A stretch of DNA of 64,000 nt. It comes from Ignavibacteriota bacterium. GTDB lineage: Bacteria > Bacteroidota > Ignavibacteria > UBA10030 > UBA6906. Position 1 is the stretch's first letter, and each line of letters starts with the position of its first letter. The stretch is from contig CAWDEM010000008.1 in assembly GCA_963801355.1 (NCBI GenBank), forward strand, positions 832,001 to 896,000, in the 5' to 3' direction. Under the pieces are notes generated by a model that worked only from the letters and a program-made list of their open reading frames with translations, did no database searches and was not told where the DNA came from. Of this stretch, positions 6,738-19,700 are shown piece after piece. Made by a program: the position numbers and the translations under genes.

Positions 6738-8798
6738 TTACCTCAGAAGCAACGACTTGCGCGTCTCCACAAAACCCAGTCCTGAACTGCGTAAAAGATC
6801 CGTTGCTCCGCTCCTGGAGTCATGCCCGACAGCTGCATTGGAGGGACGAACTTGTATCCTGTAGAAGTACACTCCACTCGGGAGACCATTCCCTTCAAAC
6901 TTCACATCATGGTACCCTGCCTCCCTTTCTCCATCCTGGAGAACTGCGAACTGCTGACCGAGGGCGTTGAACACGGTCAGGGTCACATGCGAACGATTCG
7001 TCAAGCTGTAGCTGAGCGTCGTTGACGGGTTGAAAGGGTTCGGGTAGTTCTGGTACAATATAGCCTGGACGGCCACTGTAGGCGGATCGTCATTCACCGA
7101 TGAAGTCTGATTACCCTTTAAGAGTTCAATTCCATTGCCCGTTCCCATGTTTCTGGAATATTGCATATGGAGACTATCGTTCCAGTGTTCATGCGTTCCA
7201 AGACTTGCGAGCACTGTGCCGTCGTTCTCCGGATCATATCTGATGCCGGCGGGCCAATTGGTGGTGTCGGCGGCCTGGTGAAGATAGTCATCGGTGGCAT
7301 TCATCTGGGGATACGTGCCTGCGCCCCGGGCCGCGGTCCACTCCGCCCGCAGAAAATCATACCCCACCGACTCAATCGCCAGCGGATCAAAAGACGCAAA
7401 TACCGAAGACATCCAATCGTTATTGAACGGTGCCATCATCCATTTCAATGGGAAGTGCAGCTCATAGTCGGTCGCCCACAACGCATCCATCAGATAGAAG
7501 AGGTTTTTCTTCCCCAGCAATTGATGCCCCATCAGATCCACCTGGACACGGTACATCCCGTAGTCCATACGATACGGAGTGTTTGGATACTCCTCCGGCG
7601 CCACCAACCCTCCGTGGAGGTGTGAGGCACTGGACCGTGTGTGCGATCCGAAGTGATTCTTGGCAAACATGGTCACGCCTCCCCGCTTATGCCCTTTCAG
7701 CATCGGGATATTGAGCAGGTATTCGGCTTTGTCGAAGACATCATAGAGCAGATCCTCGGTGATGGCTGTCCCCGTCGACCCACTCGATTTCAGAACGGTT
7801 CCTCTGTCAGAATACTTGATCTTTGCAGTGGTGCTCTTAACGGCCTTCTCTCTTCCCAGGTTCGTGTAGCCATCCGTGTCCAGGTAGTGGACATCAGGGA
7901 ACTCGGCGTGCCAGAGATCGTAGCAGTGTTTGTAGATATGCTTCATGGGATCGCCGACATAGATGTCCGCCTGAGCTACACCGACAACGTTCACCAATTG
8001 ACGCAACACCGAAAGAACAATGGCAGGAGATGTCTCAGAGACGGCATAGTACATGACGCCCGTGCGTGCACTGAGATCGGCGGTATTGAACTGGCCGCTC
8101 CAACTGCTCGTCGCATTCGTTTTGATGAAAACCTTCTCTCCTGATGTATATCCCACTGCTCCCTTTCCGCGGGTGGAGTTATGAAACCGGAAAATGGCAA
8201 CCCAGGCCGCGGAATCCGACGATGTGCCGGTCAACCTGCTGATGGCTGTCGACACCATCGTATCAATGACAGGCTGATTGTTGTTTTCGGGGCGATACCA
8301 TTCGTGGCTGACAACGGCCGGGGTGCAGTTTTCGTTTGTCGCCTCCGGACGGTGTATCCAAACGACTCTTCCCGGAAATATCCCGACGGCGGTCCCGATC
8401 GGTTGATTCCCCACCAGATGGAAGGTGGGTAGCTTGACATCATAGGCGTTTGCAGGATCATTGACGAGCGTATACGAGACGAACAGCCCCATCAATGCGA
8501 GCACAGACATAAACACTAGAGCCGGGATCGTCTGCTGCTTCTTCGCTTTTGCCCACAGCAAGAGCGACACACCCACGAAGAGGAGATATCCAATGAAGCT
8601 CGAGGCAAATGGCATTGCGGCACGTACACAAGGATAGGCAATACGGCTTGGCTTTGTGGCAACCCGAAAGATTATCCATGCGAGGGCCACCAAGCCGACA
8701 ATCGGTGCCAGGACCATTGCGAGACCGTGTGGCCTCTTCAGACCGACGAACTTGCCAGACTTAGGGCAAAAACGGAGATACTCTCTGAAGAATTTCAT
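6738..8798 (-). CDS. DUF362-domain protein with C-terminal T9SS (Por) sorting domain
   Basis: GIFPGRVVWIH, KVFIKTN, LNIPMLKGH, TMFAKNHFG, DPLAIESVG are DUF362 motifs. CTD LYQNYPNPFNPSTTLSYSL...SGVYFYRI. Start placed at MKFFREY. Confidence 0.8.
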   Translation of the reverse strand: MKFFREYLRFCPKSGKFVGLKRPHGLAMVLAPIVGLVALAWIIFRVATKPSRIAYPCVRAAMPFASSFIGYLLFVGVSLLLWAKAKKQQTIPALVFMSVLALMGLFVSYTLVNDPANAYDVKLPTFHLVGNQPIGTAVGIFPGRVVWIHRPEATNENCTPAVVSHEWYRPENNNQPVIDTMVSTAISRLTGTSSDSAAWVAIFRFHNSTRGKGAVGYTSGEKVFIKTNATSSWSGQFNTADLSARTGVMYYAVSETSPAIVLSVLRQLVNVVGVAQADIYVGDPMKHIYKHCYDLWHAEFPDVHYLDTDGYTNLGREKAVKSTTAKIKYSDRGTVLKSSGSTGTAITEDLLYDVFDKAEYLLNIPMLKGHKRGGVTMFAKNHFGSHTRSSASHLHGGLVAPEEYPNTPYRMDYGMYRVQVDLMGHQLLGKKNLFYLMDALWATDYELHFPLKWMMAPFNNDWMSSVFASFDPLAIESVGYDFLRAEWTAARGAGTYPQMNATDDYLHQAADTTNWPAGIRYDPENDGTVLASLGTHEHWNDSLHMQYSRNMGTGNGIELLKGNQTSSVNDDPPTVAVQAILYQNYPNPFNPSTTLSYSLTNRSHVTLTVFNALGQQFAVLQDGEREAGYHDVKFEGNGLPSGVYFYRIQVRPSNAAVGHDSRSGATDLLRSSGLGFVETRKSLLLR

Positions 8799-8956
8799 GC
8801 TCACTACCCTTCTCTTATGCAGATCATTTCGGTCGAACGGAACCCTGATCTGTTGCACACGTTCCCGCCGACCGCGACTCCTCCACAACGCACCGCAGGC
8901 AGGCATTAGATAATATTGGCCTAAAAAGAGGGAAAGTCAAGAAGAGCAAGTGCGCC

Positions 8957-10627
8957 TCAATCCCAGTCGAACTCCACCACTTCCCCATTCAGTTTCCATT
9001 TCCCGGGGAAGGCGTTCTGCATCCAATCAAGAGGTTCTCCGATGGGTAGCTCCTGGGCTGCCAAACGAAAGCACTCCTTTGTCATCTCCCTCTGTGCAGT
9101 TCCCATTGCTTCCGGTTGAGCCGAGATGAAGAGCGGAGTACCACTTCTGGCAACCAGTTCCATCCACTGTTTGTTCTTCTCCCAGGGAATTTTCGTGGTC
9201 AACCCCACGCAGTCCGGGTCGGCAGCGTAAAAAACCCCGTGCTGCAACCCCCTGAATGCCAGAGTGTTCACACCCATCTTGCGAGTCCGTTGCCACTCAT
9301 TGCCTGAGGTATCGTCGCCAATGCGATTCAATTCGAACAACCCCGCTGATAGATGACTGATTGTATTGCAGGCGATAACATAAGTTTCCCCTGCGGCTTC
9401 TCGAATGGTTCTGTAAAGATCGAGAATGATCTCTGCATTGGTTCTGGAGTTGTCGTGCATACGCCAATCGGGGCTGCTCATGGCGCGATCCCGCAGCATT
9501 TCAAAGCCCCATTTTCCGAAGATATCAAAAGTCGTGAAGTCGAATTTTACTATTTCATAACTCCAGTTTCTGTAGAGTGCAAAATAGCCTCGTATGCGTT
9601 CGAGGTTTTCAGGAATGGTCGGATCAAGCACAGGTCTCTTTTCCTCCCTGCCCTTCACGAGCGGGAGCATCAACGACTGCGGGTCTTTGTAGCTCCCACA
9701 AAGCGGACGGGTCCAAATGCCAGGTCGCATTCCGACTGCTCGTATTTTGCCCGCAAGCCTGGCCATGTCGCCAAACCGCGAATTGGAAAGATCCATTCGA
9801 TCTCCCCAGCAACAGTCATTCGGCGATGACGGCGGTCCGATAAACCACCCCGCATCAATCACAGAAAAGGGACGGTTGTCCAGACCATCTGCCATGGGAG
9901 CCATCATTTCGGTGTGTTTAAGAATCAGTTCTTCCGAGTTGTTGCCATAGGTAAAGTACCAGTCGTTGATGCCGTACACAGGCTGCTTTGGCATGCGCGC
10001 CTTGTCACACATCATCCGGGCGAACCTCCGGGTGGTCTGAAACGGGGATTCTCCTGAAAGGCTCTTCGTTGCCACAATCTCTGCAGCCTGTATTCTTCTT
10101 CCTCCACATTGAACTCCCTTGCCGCCGGACCGTGTATCCATTGATAAACTCAGACGTCCGTCGCCCGCCTGCCAGAAGCAGAAGGCAGCAGCTCCTGTTT
10201 TCACGCCGAATCCATTCGTGTTGGTACCGTCGTTTTCCATGAAATACCAGGGGAGGATCTCTGATTCTGCCGGCGCATGCCAGGATACATCACCATACGT
10301 CCGTTCCCAGTGGTCGTTCATGATGCTGGACGCAACGTTTCCCGGCTTCTTCCAATGCAGCGTCACCGCACTCACACTTGATTGAGGAGCTTCAATTTCT
10401 ACGACAAGGCTATCATTGTCGTATTTCAGAACGACTTTCAGATCGTTATATGTCCAGGAGGATGTGCTCTTGCCGCCCAGTGTGACTGGCTGATCGTTCA
10501 AGATTGCAGTTACTTCATCGGGGAAGCTGATGAAGTGCCCCTTCTGCCCACCGGCGAAGAGGGATTCGCTCATCAGAATGGATGCCAATGAGATGCCTGT
10601 CGTTCGTATGAAATGTCTGCGATTCAT
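8957..10627 (-). CDS. Tat-exported GH36/GH27-like (alpha-galactosidase-like) glycoside hydrolase
   Basis: MNRRHFIRTTG twin-arginine signal. NDWY, VIDAGWF, VKFDF (nucleophile D) and RIGDD (acid/base) are clan GH-D motifs. Confidence 0.75.
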   Translation of the reverse strand: MNRRHFIRTTGISLASILMSESLFAGGQKGHFISFPDEVTAILNDQPVTLGGKSTSSWTYNDLKVVLKYDNDSLVVEIEAPQSSVSAVTLHWKKPGNVASSIMNDHWERTYGDVSWHAPAESEILPWYFMENDGTNTNGFGVKTGAAAFCFWQAGDGRLSLSMDTRSGGKGVQCGGRRIQAAEIVATKSLSGESPFQTTRRFARMMCDKARMPKQPVYGINDWYFTYGNNSEELILKHTEMMAPMADGLDNRPFSVIDAGWFIGPPSSPNDCCWGDRMDLSNSRFGDMARLAGKIRAVGMRPGIWTRPLCGSYKDPQSLMLPLVKGREEKRPVLDPTIPENLERIRGYFALYRNWSYEIVKFDFTTFDIFGKWGFEMLRDRAMSSPDWRMHDNSRTNAEIILDLYRTIREAAGETYVIACNTISHLSAGLFELNRIGDDTSGNEWQRTRKMGVNTLAFRGLQHGVFYAADPDCVGLTTKIPWEKNKQWMELVARSGTPLFISAQPEAMGTAQREMTKECFRLAAQELPIGEPLDWMQNAFPGKWKLNGEVVEFDWD

Positions 10628-10673
10628 GGTAATAGGTGAAATCCATCCACAGAAGGTACGCCGCGATTTCGGC

Positions 10674-10733
10674 ATTATCAAACAAGAGTCACAAAATGAA
10701 TCCGCCGAAAGCATCAAAGAGTAGTTAATCCCC
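10674..10733 (-). promoter_or_regulatory. Conserved island promoter motif, copy 1 (upstream of the GH36-like gene)
   Basis: + strand ATGAATCCGCCGAAAGCATCAAAGAGTAGTTAATCCCC. GATAAT -10 on the - strand. Confidence 0.65.
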
Positions 10734-10758
10734 GTTATCTGTGCTGCTGGAAGGTTTG

Positions 10759-13700
10759 TCAATTGCCCATGCGCACGACGATCCGATGCTTGATGAAATC
10801 GCGACCGAGAGGAATCACCCCGCCTTTCATTCGCTGCCCGTCCATTTCCACCCAGGAGATTCCCCGCTCGTAGTGTTCCGGATTCTCGACCTGTATTGCA
10901 TACACCGATTCACCGTGACGGTAGCTCATCTGGAAGCCATCCCACCATCCCGGAATGACCGGGGTGAAGCTCATGGTCTCTCCACGCACCTGAAGCCCCA
11001 GTATCTCTTCAACCCAAGTACGATACATCAACGCTGCCGAGCCTGTGTACCAGGACCAGCCACCCTTGCCTATCCTTCCGGGCAAGCGGTACACGTCAGC
11101 CGCGACCACATAAGGCTCAATACCGTAACGCCACACCGTTTCCGGATCGCGTGCATGCTCAATCGGGTTCAGTATGCGCATCATGTTCGCCGCACGGGTG
11201 CCATCCCCGCTCCGCGCGATGGCAATGGCGAGCCACAAGGCAGCATGGGTATACTGGCCTCCGTTCTCGCGTACACCCGGAGGGTATCCCTTGATATATC
11301 CTGGCGATAGCTCCGTCTTGTCAAAGGGAGGCTCAAAGAGAAGCACAAGCTTGTCTTCTTCGCGAACGAGATTCTTCCAGGCCGATTCCAGTGCTTTTTT
11401 CGCCCGGTCGCTGTCGGCAGCACCGCTGATCCAGGCCCAGGATTGCGGAATCGAATCGATGCGTGCTTCCTGATTTACCGAAGAACCGAGCGGGGTCCCG
11501 TCGTCGAAGGTCCCACGGAGATACCACTCCCCATCCCACGCAAAGCCTTCGACATGCTCAATCAAGATCTTCCGGTCTTGAAGATATGCCAGACTTAGAT
11601 CCGGCCTGCCCATCTCTGTAGACATCTCGGCCATGCCCTTCAGCACATCAACCAGGAACCACGCAAGCCAGACGCTCTCGCCCTTACCTGCGGCCCCTAC
11701 AAGATTCATCCCGTCATTCCAGTCGCCCGTTCCGATCAGGGGCAATCCGTGGGACCCTGACGTGTGGCCGCGCGTGACGGCACGCCGGCAATGTTCAAAG
11801 AGCGAGGCGTGTTCCGATGAGTTCCCCGGAGATTTCAGGCTCTCGTTCTGGTTTTTCTCCAGCGGTGGCGCATCGAGGAACCCGACCATCTCGTGGAGAA
11901 TTGAGACATCCCCCGTAATTCTGACGTAGTGCGCGGCGACGTATGGAAGCCAGAGGAGATCATCGGAGATCCGCGAGCGGATTCCCGCGCCACCCGGGAC
12001 ATGCCACCAGTGCTGGACATCGCCCTCCGTGAACTGGCGGCCTGCCGCGAGCAGAATGTGCGCTCGCGCCAGCCCGGGTTGCGCGTACAGCAAAGCCATC
12101 ACATCCTGCAATTGATCGCGGAAACCAAACGCACCACCTGACTGGTAGAAGCCCGAGCGTCCCCAGAGCCTGCAGGCGAGCGTCTGGTAGAGCAGCCAGC
12201 GGTTGATTAAAAAGTCAACGGCAAGTTCGGGAGTATGCACCTGAACCACGTCGAGCCGCTCGTTCCACCAGGCTTTCGTTTGCACGAGCGCGGCCTTAAC
12301 CACTGTATTCTCACGGTACGCAAGCACGAGCGCCCGGGCCTTGTTCAACGACGGGGCCTGACCGAGCACACACGTGATTTCCACATTCTCGCCAGGCGCC
12401 AAACGCACGGTGGTCTGCAATGCAGCGCAAGGGTCCAGGCCCGCTCCTGTCCTCCGGGAAAGCCCGGTGCGCTCCATCGCCGCCGGGTTTACCATCGAGC
12501 GGTTACGACCAAGAAACGCTGTGCGATCACCGGTGTAGGATTCCGCCGGCAGGCTCAGGGCCGCGAACGCCACACTGTCCGAAAAATCAGGATGGTAGTA
12601 GTTGTGCGCGATCATTGCCTCGACTTCGTCATCCCAGTCGGTCACGACGTGGTTCTGGGACGACTCCCGGAACTCGCCCAATGTCCATTCCACGTAGTAC
12701 GTCAGAGACAGCTTGCGTGGCCTGGCCGAGTCGTTTTTCAACAACAGGCGCTGGAGCTTCACCGGCTCGCCCCCCCCATCATCAACGGGCACGAAGACCG
12801 TCAGTTCGTGTTCGATACCGTGGCTGTTATGTTCGAATACCGAGTACCCCGCTCCATGTCTTGCGCGGTAGTCCGTTCCCTCGCGGATAGGTGAAGCGCA
12901 CGGCGTCCAGTAGGCTCCTGTTTCCTCATCGCGAATGTACAGTGCTTCGGAAGGTGGATCCGTCACCGGGTCGTTTGACCATTGTGTCAGGCGATTTCGC
13001 TGACTGTTGCCCTGCCAGGTAAACCCGGCACCTGTCTCGCTGATGAGTGTACCGAAGCCCGGGTTGGCAATGATGTTGACCCAAGGCATGGGCGTGTTCA
13101 TTCCCGGACCAAGATAGACAGCGTACTCATTCCCATCGGGAGTAAAACCGCCGATGCTGTTGAAGTAAGGAAGTTCCATGAAAGGGAGCGCAGCCGCGGG
13201 ATCACGGGAATCCCGTTTTGAAGCGATGGGCCCCGGTGTCTCGGGGATTTCAATCGAGACGCCCAATTGCTGCTGTAGAGTTCCACGAGCCGCCACCATC
13301 ACTGTACTTGCCACAGCCTGCAGCAGTGTGAGGTCTTCCTCCGGAATCATATCCGCGCTGCGCAAGAAGATTCCCCCAGGCCGGTCCACCCCGGTAGTGG
13401 CCGAATGCGATTGGATCAGTCGCTGGAGTTGTTCATGCAACGGGCGCTCGTAGCCACGGCTCTCTTCGTTCAGAATTACCAGATCGGTTGTGAACCCGTG
13501 CATGCGCCAATAGGTATGTGCCTGGAGCATCTGACGGACCAGGCTCATGTCCTCCACTTCGCCGATGGCGACAAGTGCAATCGGGACGTCGCCCGAAATC
13601 CCGTAGGTCCATAGGCCGGCCTGTCCCTTGCGGTTTTCTGCGATGCGTTCCGCCGCCGCGCGCAGGAGGAGATTCGGAAACAGCAGATGGCTCGCCAGCT

Positions 13701-16700
13701 GCTGAAAGCGTCGCGCGTCGTCGGGTTGAATGTGCAGGAGCCGCAATTCAAGCTGGGCTGAGGCCCACGCAAAGTCCATTGCGCGATCAATCGCACGTGG
13801 ATCTCCATACTTGCTCATCAAGCTCAGGACCTGTTCGCGCGTTGACGCGCCGGCCAATACCATGGAGACTTGTGCGCGCTGACCGGGGCCCACGGTCAGG
13901 CTCTGGCGCAGGCTGAGAATCGGGTCAATGGCGAAACCCTGGCTCTGCCCGGGTTCTTGAACGGCTCCCATGGGAGCACTGAGCGTTCGCCCCCGGCCGA
14001 TGAACCGGGCCCGATCCGTCTCGAAGCGCAACGCATCAACGTCATCGTGTTCGAGTGTGAAGCGGTGCCCGACATACACGGGCGGGTCACCGTCCTGCCT
14101 GGGCCGACGGAAGGCCAGGAGGGCGTGCTGACCGGGAACTGCCTCAGTCTGGATGAACAGCTTGTTGAAAGCCGGATGCTGGCGGTCCGCATCGTGAGGC
14201 GCGAGCGAGAGTTCGATGTAGCTCGTCAGATCGAGCTGGCGTGTACGGAGAGAACGATTGATCAGGGTTATGCGGCGAATCTCGACGTCCTCTTCCGGGG
14301 CGACGACAATCTCGGTTTCACTCTGTATCCCGTTGTCGATGCGCCGGAAGACCGCCCGGTCCAGGGAAAAGTCGGCGGAATAGTCCTCCACTTTCCCCCG
14401 AGTCGGCTGGTACGTGTTGCACCACAACCGATCGGAGTCTGTGTCGTGGATGTAACAGAAAGTCCCCCATGGGTCGCTCGTTCGATCCGACCTCCATCGT
14501 GTGATCTCAACATCACCCCAGCGGCTGTAGCCGCCGCCCGCATTCGTCAGCATCACTCCGTACCGGCCGTTGCAGAGCAGTTGCGTCTTTGGCGTAGAGG
14601 TGTGGGGCGTATCAAACTGACTCACCGAGGGTGCGACTTCGCCGACGGCCGCTATCGAAGAGATCCGCGCACGCGTTGAAATCTGGTTCAATGGTGGGAC
14701 GATGGGAATGCGTTCATGAAGCAATGGCTCGACCGTGCGTACGCGTGGGTCGCGGTGGAAATAGTTCTGGATGGAATTCCCATGGAGGAGATTGGTCAGC
14801 GCCAGGAAGCCCATTCCTTGATGATGTGCCATATAGGCCCGTACGATGACTCCGCGCTCCCCTTCCCGGGTTTGCTGTTGGCTGAAGTCGAGTGCTTCGT
14901 AGTAGCCATACTCGTCGAGCAGTCCCAACTTGGCAAGGCGTTTCAGATTTCGCAGACTTTCCCGCGGCTGGATGTTGATAGCCAGGAGCGTGGCATAGGG
15001 CGCAATGACGATCTTCTCCTCCAGCCCGCGCTTGAGTCCGAGCGCCGGCACGCCGAAAGCATGATATTGATAGGTCTTATTGATGTCCAGATCCCCGGAA
15101 GCAGACTCCGAGATTCCCCACGGAACGTCGTGCCTGGGGCCGTAATCGATCTGAATCGCGACGGCTTCCTGCGTCGCCTTGTCGAGCAGCGAGTTTCCAT
15201 AGGAGCGCTGGAAGAGAAGAGGCATCAGATATTCGAACATTGTTCCGGTCCAGCTCAGCAATACCTGGCGCCGGCCGACGGCACCGTACGGCCGGCTCAT
15301 AGCAAACCAATGCTCGATCGGAACGTCCCCCCGGGCAATTGCGACGAAGCTTCCGAGTCGTGCCTCACTCGCCAGGAGGTCGTAGTAGGCGTGATCCAAT
15401 CGTCCTTCAGTGACATTGTAGCCGATCGAGAACAATCTGCGGTCGGCGTTATAGAGGAAGCGCATGTTCATGGATGCAGAGAGTTCACGTGCTGCCTGTG
15501 CAAGCTGCTCGCCCGAGGCAAGCATTTCACCGGCAAGCCATTTCGACGTATCGAGGGCCCCGAATACGCGGTCAATCCAGGATGCGACCGCAGACGTGTC
15601 CGACGGCTCCCGTTTCCGGAGTGCCCGGAGAAGCGGGATCCACGGGAGATTCCCATTGGCGAGATCATGAAGGGATGGGGCATGATGAAGAGCCTGCTGG
15701 AGTTCCGGCGCACCGTTTTGATCCAGCATGGCGATTTCATCCGCGGTCTTCTCACCCAGGATTTCAATCCAGCCAAGGTAACGGTCCACGACATTCAGCC
15801 AGGCATCCGTCTGGCTCTGCATCTGCTTTACCCAGTGGGACACGCTCCCTCCAGGGAGAGCAGATACATTGGTCATTGTGGCGAATTCGCTGACGCTTTG
15901 TTTGGCCCGGCGAAGAAGGCCGACAGCGTCCGGGATGCGGTCCGGTGGAGATTCCCAGGTGAGCAATAGTGCACGAAGGGCGTCACCATCCAGACTGGTG
16001 GACTTCTCTGTGACAATGGCCTGACGCAGGGATTCTCCGGCATCCCGCAACCCCGCAAAGGCTCTCGCGTCGAGCAATTCTTCATGCATCAACGCATCGA
16101 GTCCGTGATCGATGGACCACAGGGCGGCAAGCAGATTTCCGCTGTCAACCGTGGAGACGTAGTGCGGCTTCAGAGGAGCCAGGGTTTGAATATCGTACCA
16201 ATTGAGAAGATGGCCCTCATGGCGATCCAGTTTGCCGATCGTCTCCATCGTCCCCGTCAGTTTGCGAGTAACTTCATCCAGAGTGAGGTATCCAAAATCA
16301 TGCGCCCCAAGGACGCTGACCATCCAGAGACCGATATTTGTCGGACTGGTCCGCATGGCCAGTTGATTCTGATACGCGACCTGGTAATTATCGGGTGGCA
16401 ACCACGAAGTTTCTTGATTGACAAAGTCCGAGAAATACCGCCAGGTTCGACATGCGATGTTCCTGAGGAATTGTCGATCGTTCTCCCGGAGCATTGCTTG
16501 AGGCTGTTTCCGTTCCGGACGCCGGTTGAGGACCCAACCGACCACCGGTGATAGAAACCAGAGAACTAACCAGGGGATGGCGATCAAGACAGTCGATAGT
16601 CCCATAGATTGCACTCCCCACCCAACGATCACGCTGAACAGGCTCGCGAGGCACATAGAAAGGAGGAACATTGGGACCCGGGCCCGGGCTTCATCCTGCA

Positions 16701-19700
16701 TCACCTGAGCCGAAGTCCACTCCAGCAATCCCCGATGTGAAATGTGGCGCCGGTACAGGACTCGCACGATCGCATCAAGAGCCAGCCAGGACTGGTATGG
16801 AAGCAAAGCGGCTTCGGCAACCACTCGCAATAGATCGTGCGCGAACTTCGAAACGGAGGTGCCCCTGCCTCCGGTGGATGTCGTCGCCCAGGTAAACGGC
16901 TGCACCAGGGAATGAAATAGGAGTTGCGTAGCGACCACTGCTGAGGCGATCCACCCGGCCTGAGAGGATATCAGCCAGGAGGCCAACAGCAAGCTCAGGC
17001 TGGCAACGGGAAGCATGCTGCGTCTCAAGTTGTCGAAAATCTTCCCGCGGTCGAACCAGGAAAGCGGGTTCGGGCCTATTCCATTCCCCGGGAGGGGGAC
17101 GCTTGGCATGATCCAATTCGCAATTTGCCAATCGCCACGGATCCAGCGATGTTGCCGCTTAATGAAACTCACATAGTCCTGAGGGAACTCGTCATAGAGC
17201 TCGATGTCGCTGGCCAGACCCACGCGGACGTGTGCACCTTCGATCAAGTCATGGCTGAGGAGCCAGGCTTCGGGGAACCGGCCGGCAAGCACCCGGCTGA
17301 AGGCCCGGACATCGTAGATACCTTTGCCATGGTAGGAGCCCTCTCCTGCCAGGTCCTGATTGACGTCGGAAACGGCGTTGGTGTAGGGATCGATGCCGAT
17401 GGGGTCCGAAAAGAGGCGGCTGAACGGTGAGCCGCTCATGCTCGGCAGCGAAGGGCTCACGCGCGGCTGGATTATCGTATAGCCTGAGAGGATCCGGCCC
17501 CTCTCATCGACCCGCGCGTGGTTCAGCGGATGAGACAGGGTCTCAATCAACCGGCGGGCGGTGCCGCTTGGCAGTTGTGTATCGCTATCCAGAGTAATGA
17601 CATAGCGTATGCCGGAGAGTTGATCCGGGTTGCCCACGTGAAGCAGACGGCCCGCCTCCTGCGGTCGCGTGCCGTTGATCAAGCCGTTAAGTTCTTCAAG
17701 CTTTCCGCGCTTGCGTTCCCAACCGATGAATTTTTGTTCGGAATCACTCCATCGCCGCTCACGATGAAACAGGAAGAAGCGGTTGCCGCCATAGCGCTGA
17801 TTGAGGGTTTCAATGCATACCTTCGCGGCTTGAAGCAGCGATTCGTCCGCTTCGCACCGGGCCTGCGTTGCATCTACGTAATCCGAGAAAAGGCTGAAAA
17901 GAAGATTGTCCTCCTTGTTGGCGAGATAACGTATTTCGAGCTTCTCCGCCTCAGCGAGAACGGTCTCCAGGTCCATCAGCATAACGGGCACGACGACGAG
18001 AGTCCGGCACGTGTCGGGAATTCCGGAGAGCCTGTAGTCCATCTTAGGGAGTGTGCGGGGGGGCAATACCCGCATGATCAGGTAATTCATCACCTCAAGC
18101 GCAAGCTGACTTGCCGGTATGAGCAACAAGAGGGCAACCAAAAACTGAACGGCACGTGCCTCGCTTTGCAGTCCGATCAGCACGAACAGAGCGACAAATG
18201 CAAGGGCAAGGGAAATGACGCCGGTGAAGTAGACCGAGGAATGATGACGATACGTCCAGCGCAGTCCGAGGAAACGCAGCGTCTCGCGGCAGCCGATTAA
18301 TCGCGCGAGATTGTTTCTTCGATCGCCGATCAGGTATGTTCCAACATGACGCAACCGTTCGTTCCCGGGTGAATCATGGGCTGCCTGGGCGGCCAGCTCA
18401 AGTACGCGCCGGGCCACCAGGTCTTCTGCCACGTCCGAGCCCCGGTGAAGGTCCTCAATTGCTCGGCGGCATCGATCGCGCGTGTCGAAATCCATGTGTG
18501 GATAGATGCCGGCAGGATCCTGGCGCAGCAGGGCCTCAACATCGCTCAGCTGTTCGAAGCAGACTTTCCAATCGAGAAGGTCGAGGAAGCGCAAACTGGT
18601 AAACGCATTCCCGATCGAAATCTGATCCTTCGTCTGGCGGTTTTTTTCCCGCAGACTGAGATCGGCCAGGGACTTCTGAAATTTGCGTTCAAGCCAGCTG
18701 AGAACCGGCGCCAGCGCGGTTATTTCGTCATAGAGGTAATCGATCAGTTCAGTTGCGAAATGCGGGCTCGGGGCCTGTTGGGATTCCGTGAGTTCCGCCA
18801 GAACCGAGAAGATCTTCTGGGGATCCCGCCGGTTGACTGCGATCAGCCTGTTGGCCCAGAAGTTGGCAAGCTCACGTTCACGCAGGTCGGTCTGCGTCCT
18901 TCCGGCAATTTCCTGGATGCCTTCCATGAGGGTCGCGCGCAACATCTGAGGAACGGCCCAGAGCTCCCCGATAGACAGTCGCGACTCGCTTTGATAGGCT
19001 GCAATGAACGCCAGGATGCTCTCCCGGTCGAGTCGCAGATCCGAATGGGACACGAGCTCCCGCGCCAGACAGTAGATGCGTGCAGAGCCCCGGTCGGGTT
19101 CGGTCGTGAGTGCCGGTAGTTGCCGGTAATACCGCCGGGGCAGGTTGAGGAGGACCCTTCGAGCGTTGCCCTCGATGACATACTCGTTGTCGAGGAGCCA
19201 CTCGGCCGCCGGTGACACAATTTGCTCAAGGCGATTCGCTACGGCGAGATCAAGGCAGGCTTCGTGAACCCACCGGCGGCCCCGCTCAATTCGCTTGAGG
19301 AGTTCGGTGTTCTGCGGCGGACCAAGGGCCTCCCGGTGGGTGGTGGCCAGACGCCGGGCATGCTCCTCGAGTTGAGCCGGCATGAGGAGTGTCCCGGGAC
19401 CTCCATTTTCTCCGTTAGGGCTTTCTCGTTTCGGATAGAGGATGAAGACCGCGGGCTGGATTTCCCCGCTCTCCAGTACGGCGGCCATCGGAACCTGCAA
19501 GGTCTCGATAGGCGACTGGAGAATCAGGACGCTTTCGCCGGAGACAAGCCACCGTGCGTGATCCTCAACAAATCCCCGTTCCAGGCCGAACGTTGACCGC
19601 CGCACCCAGGCGACACACACAAGGGCGCCAAGCAGTCCTCCTACCAGGAATGGGACCGAGACAGAACCCCACAGCGCCGGACCGGACCATGCAAGGCCAA

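Noticed and set aside
10741-19119. Long + strand ORFs (e.g. 14716-15969, 13870-14679, 17518-18300), and similar ones at 47399-48691, 52161-53438 and 53599-54753
   Set aside because: They are antisense shadows of well-supported GC-rich genes and have no recognisable motifs.
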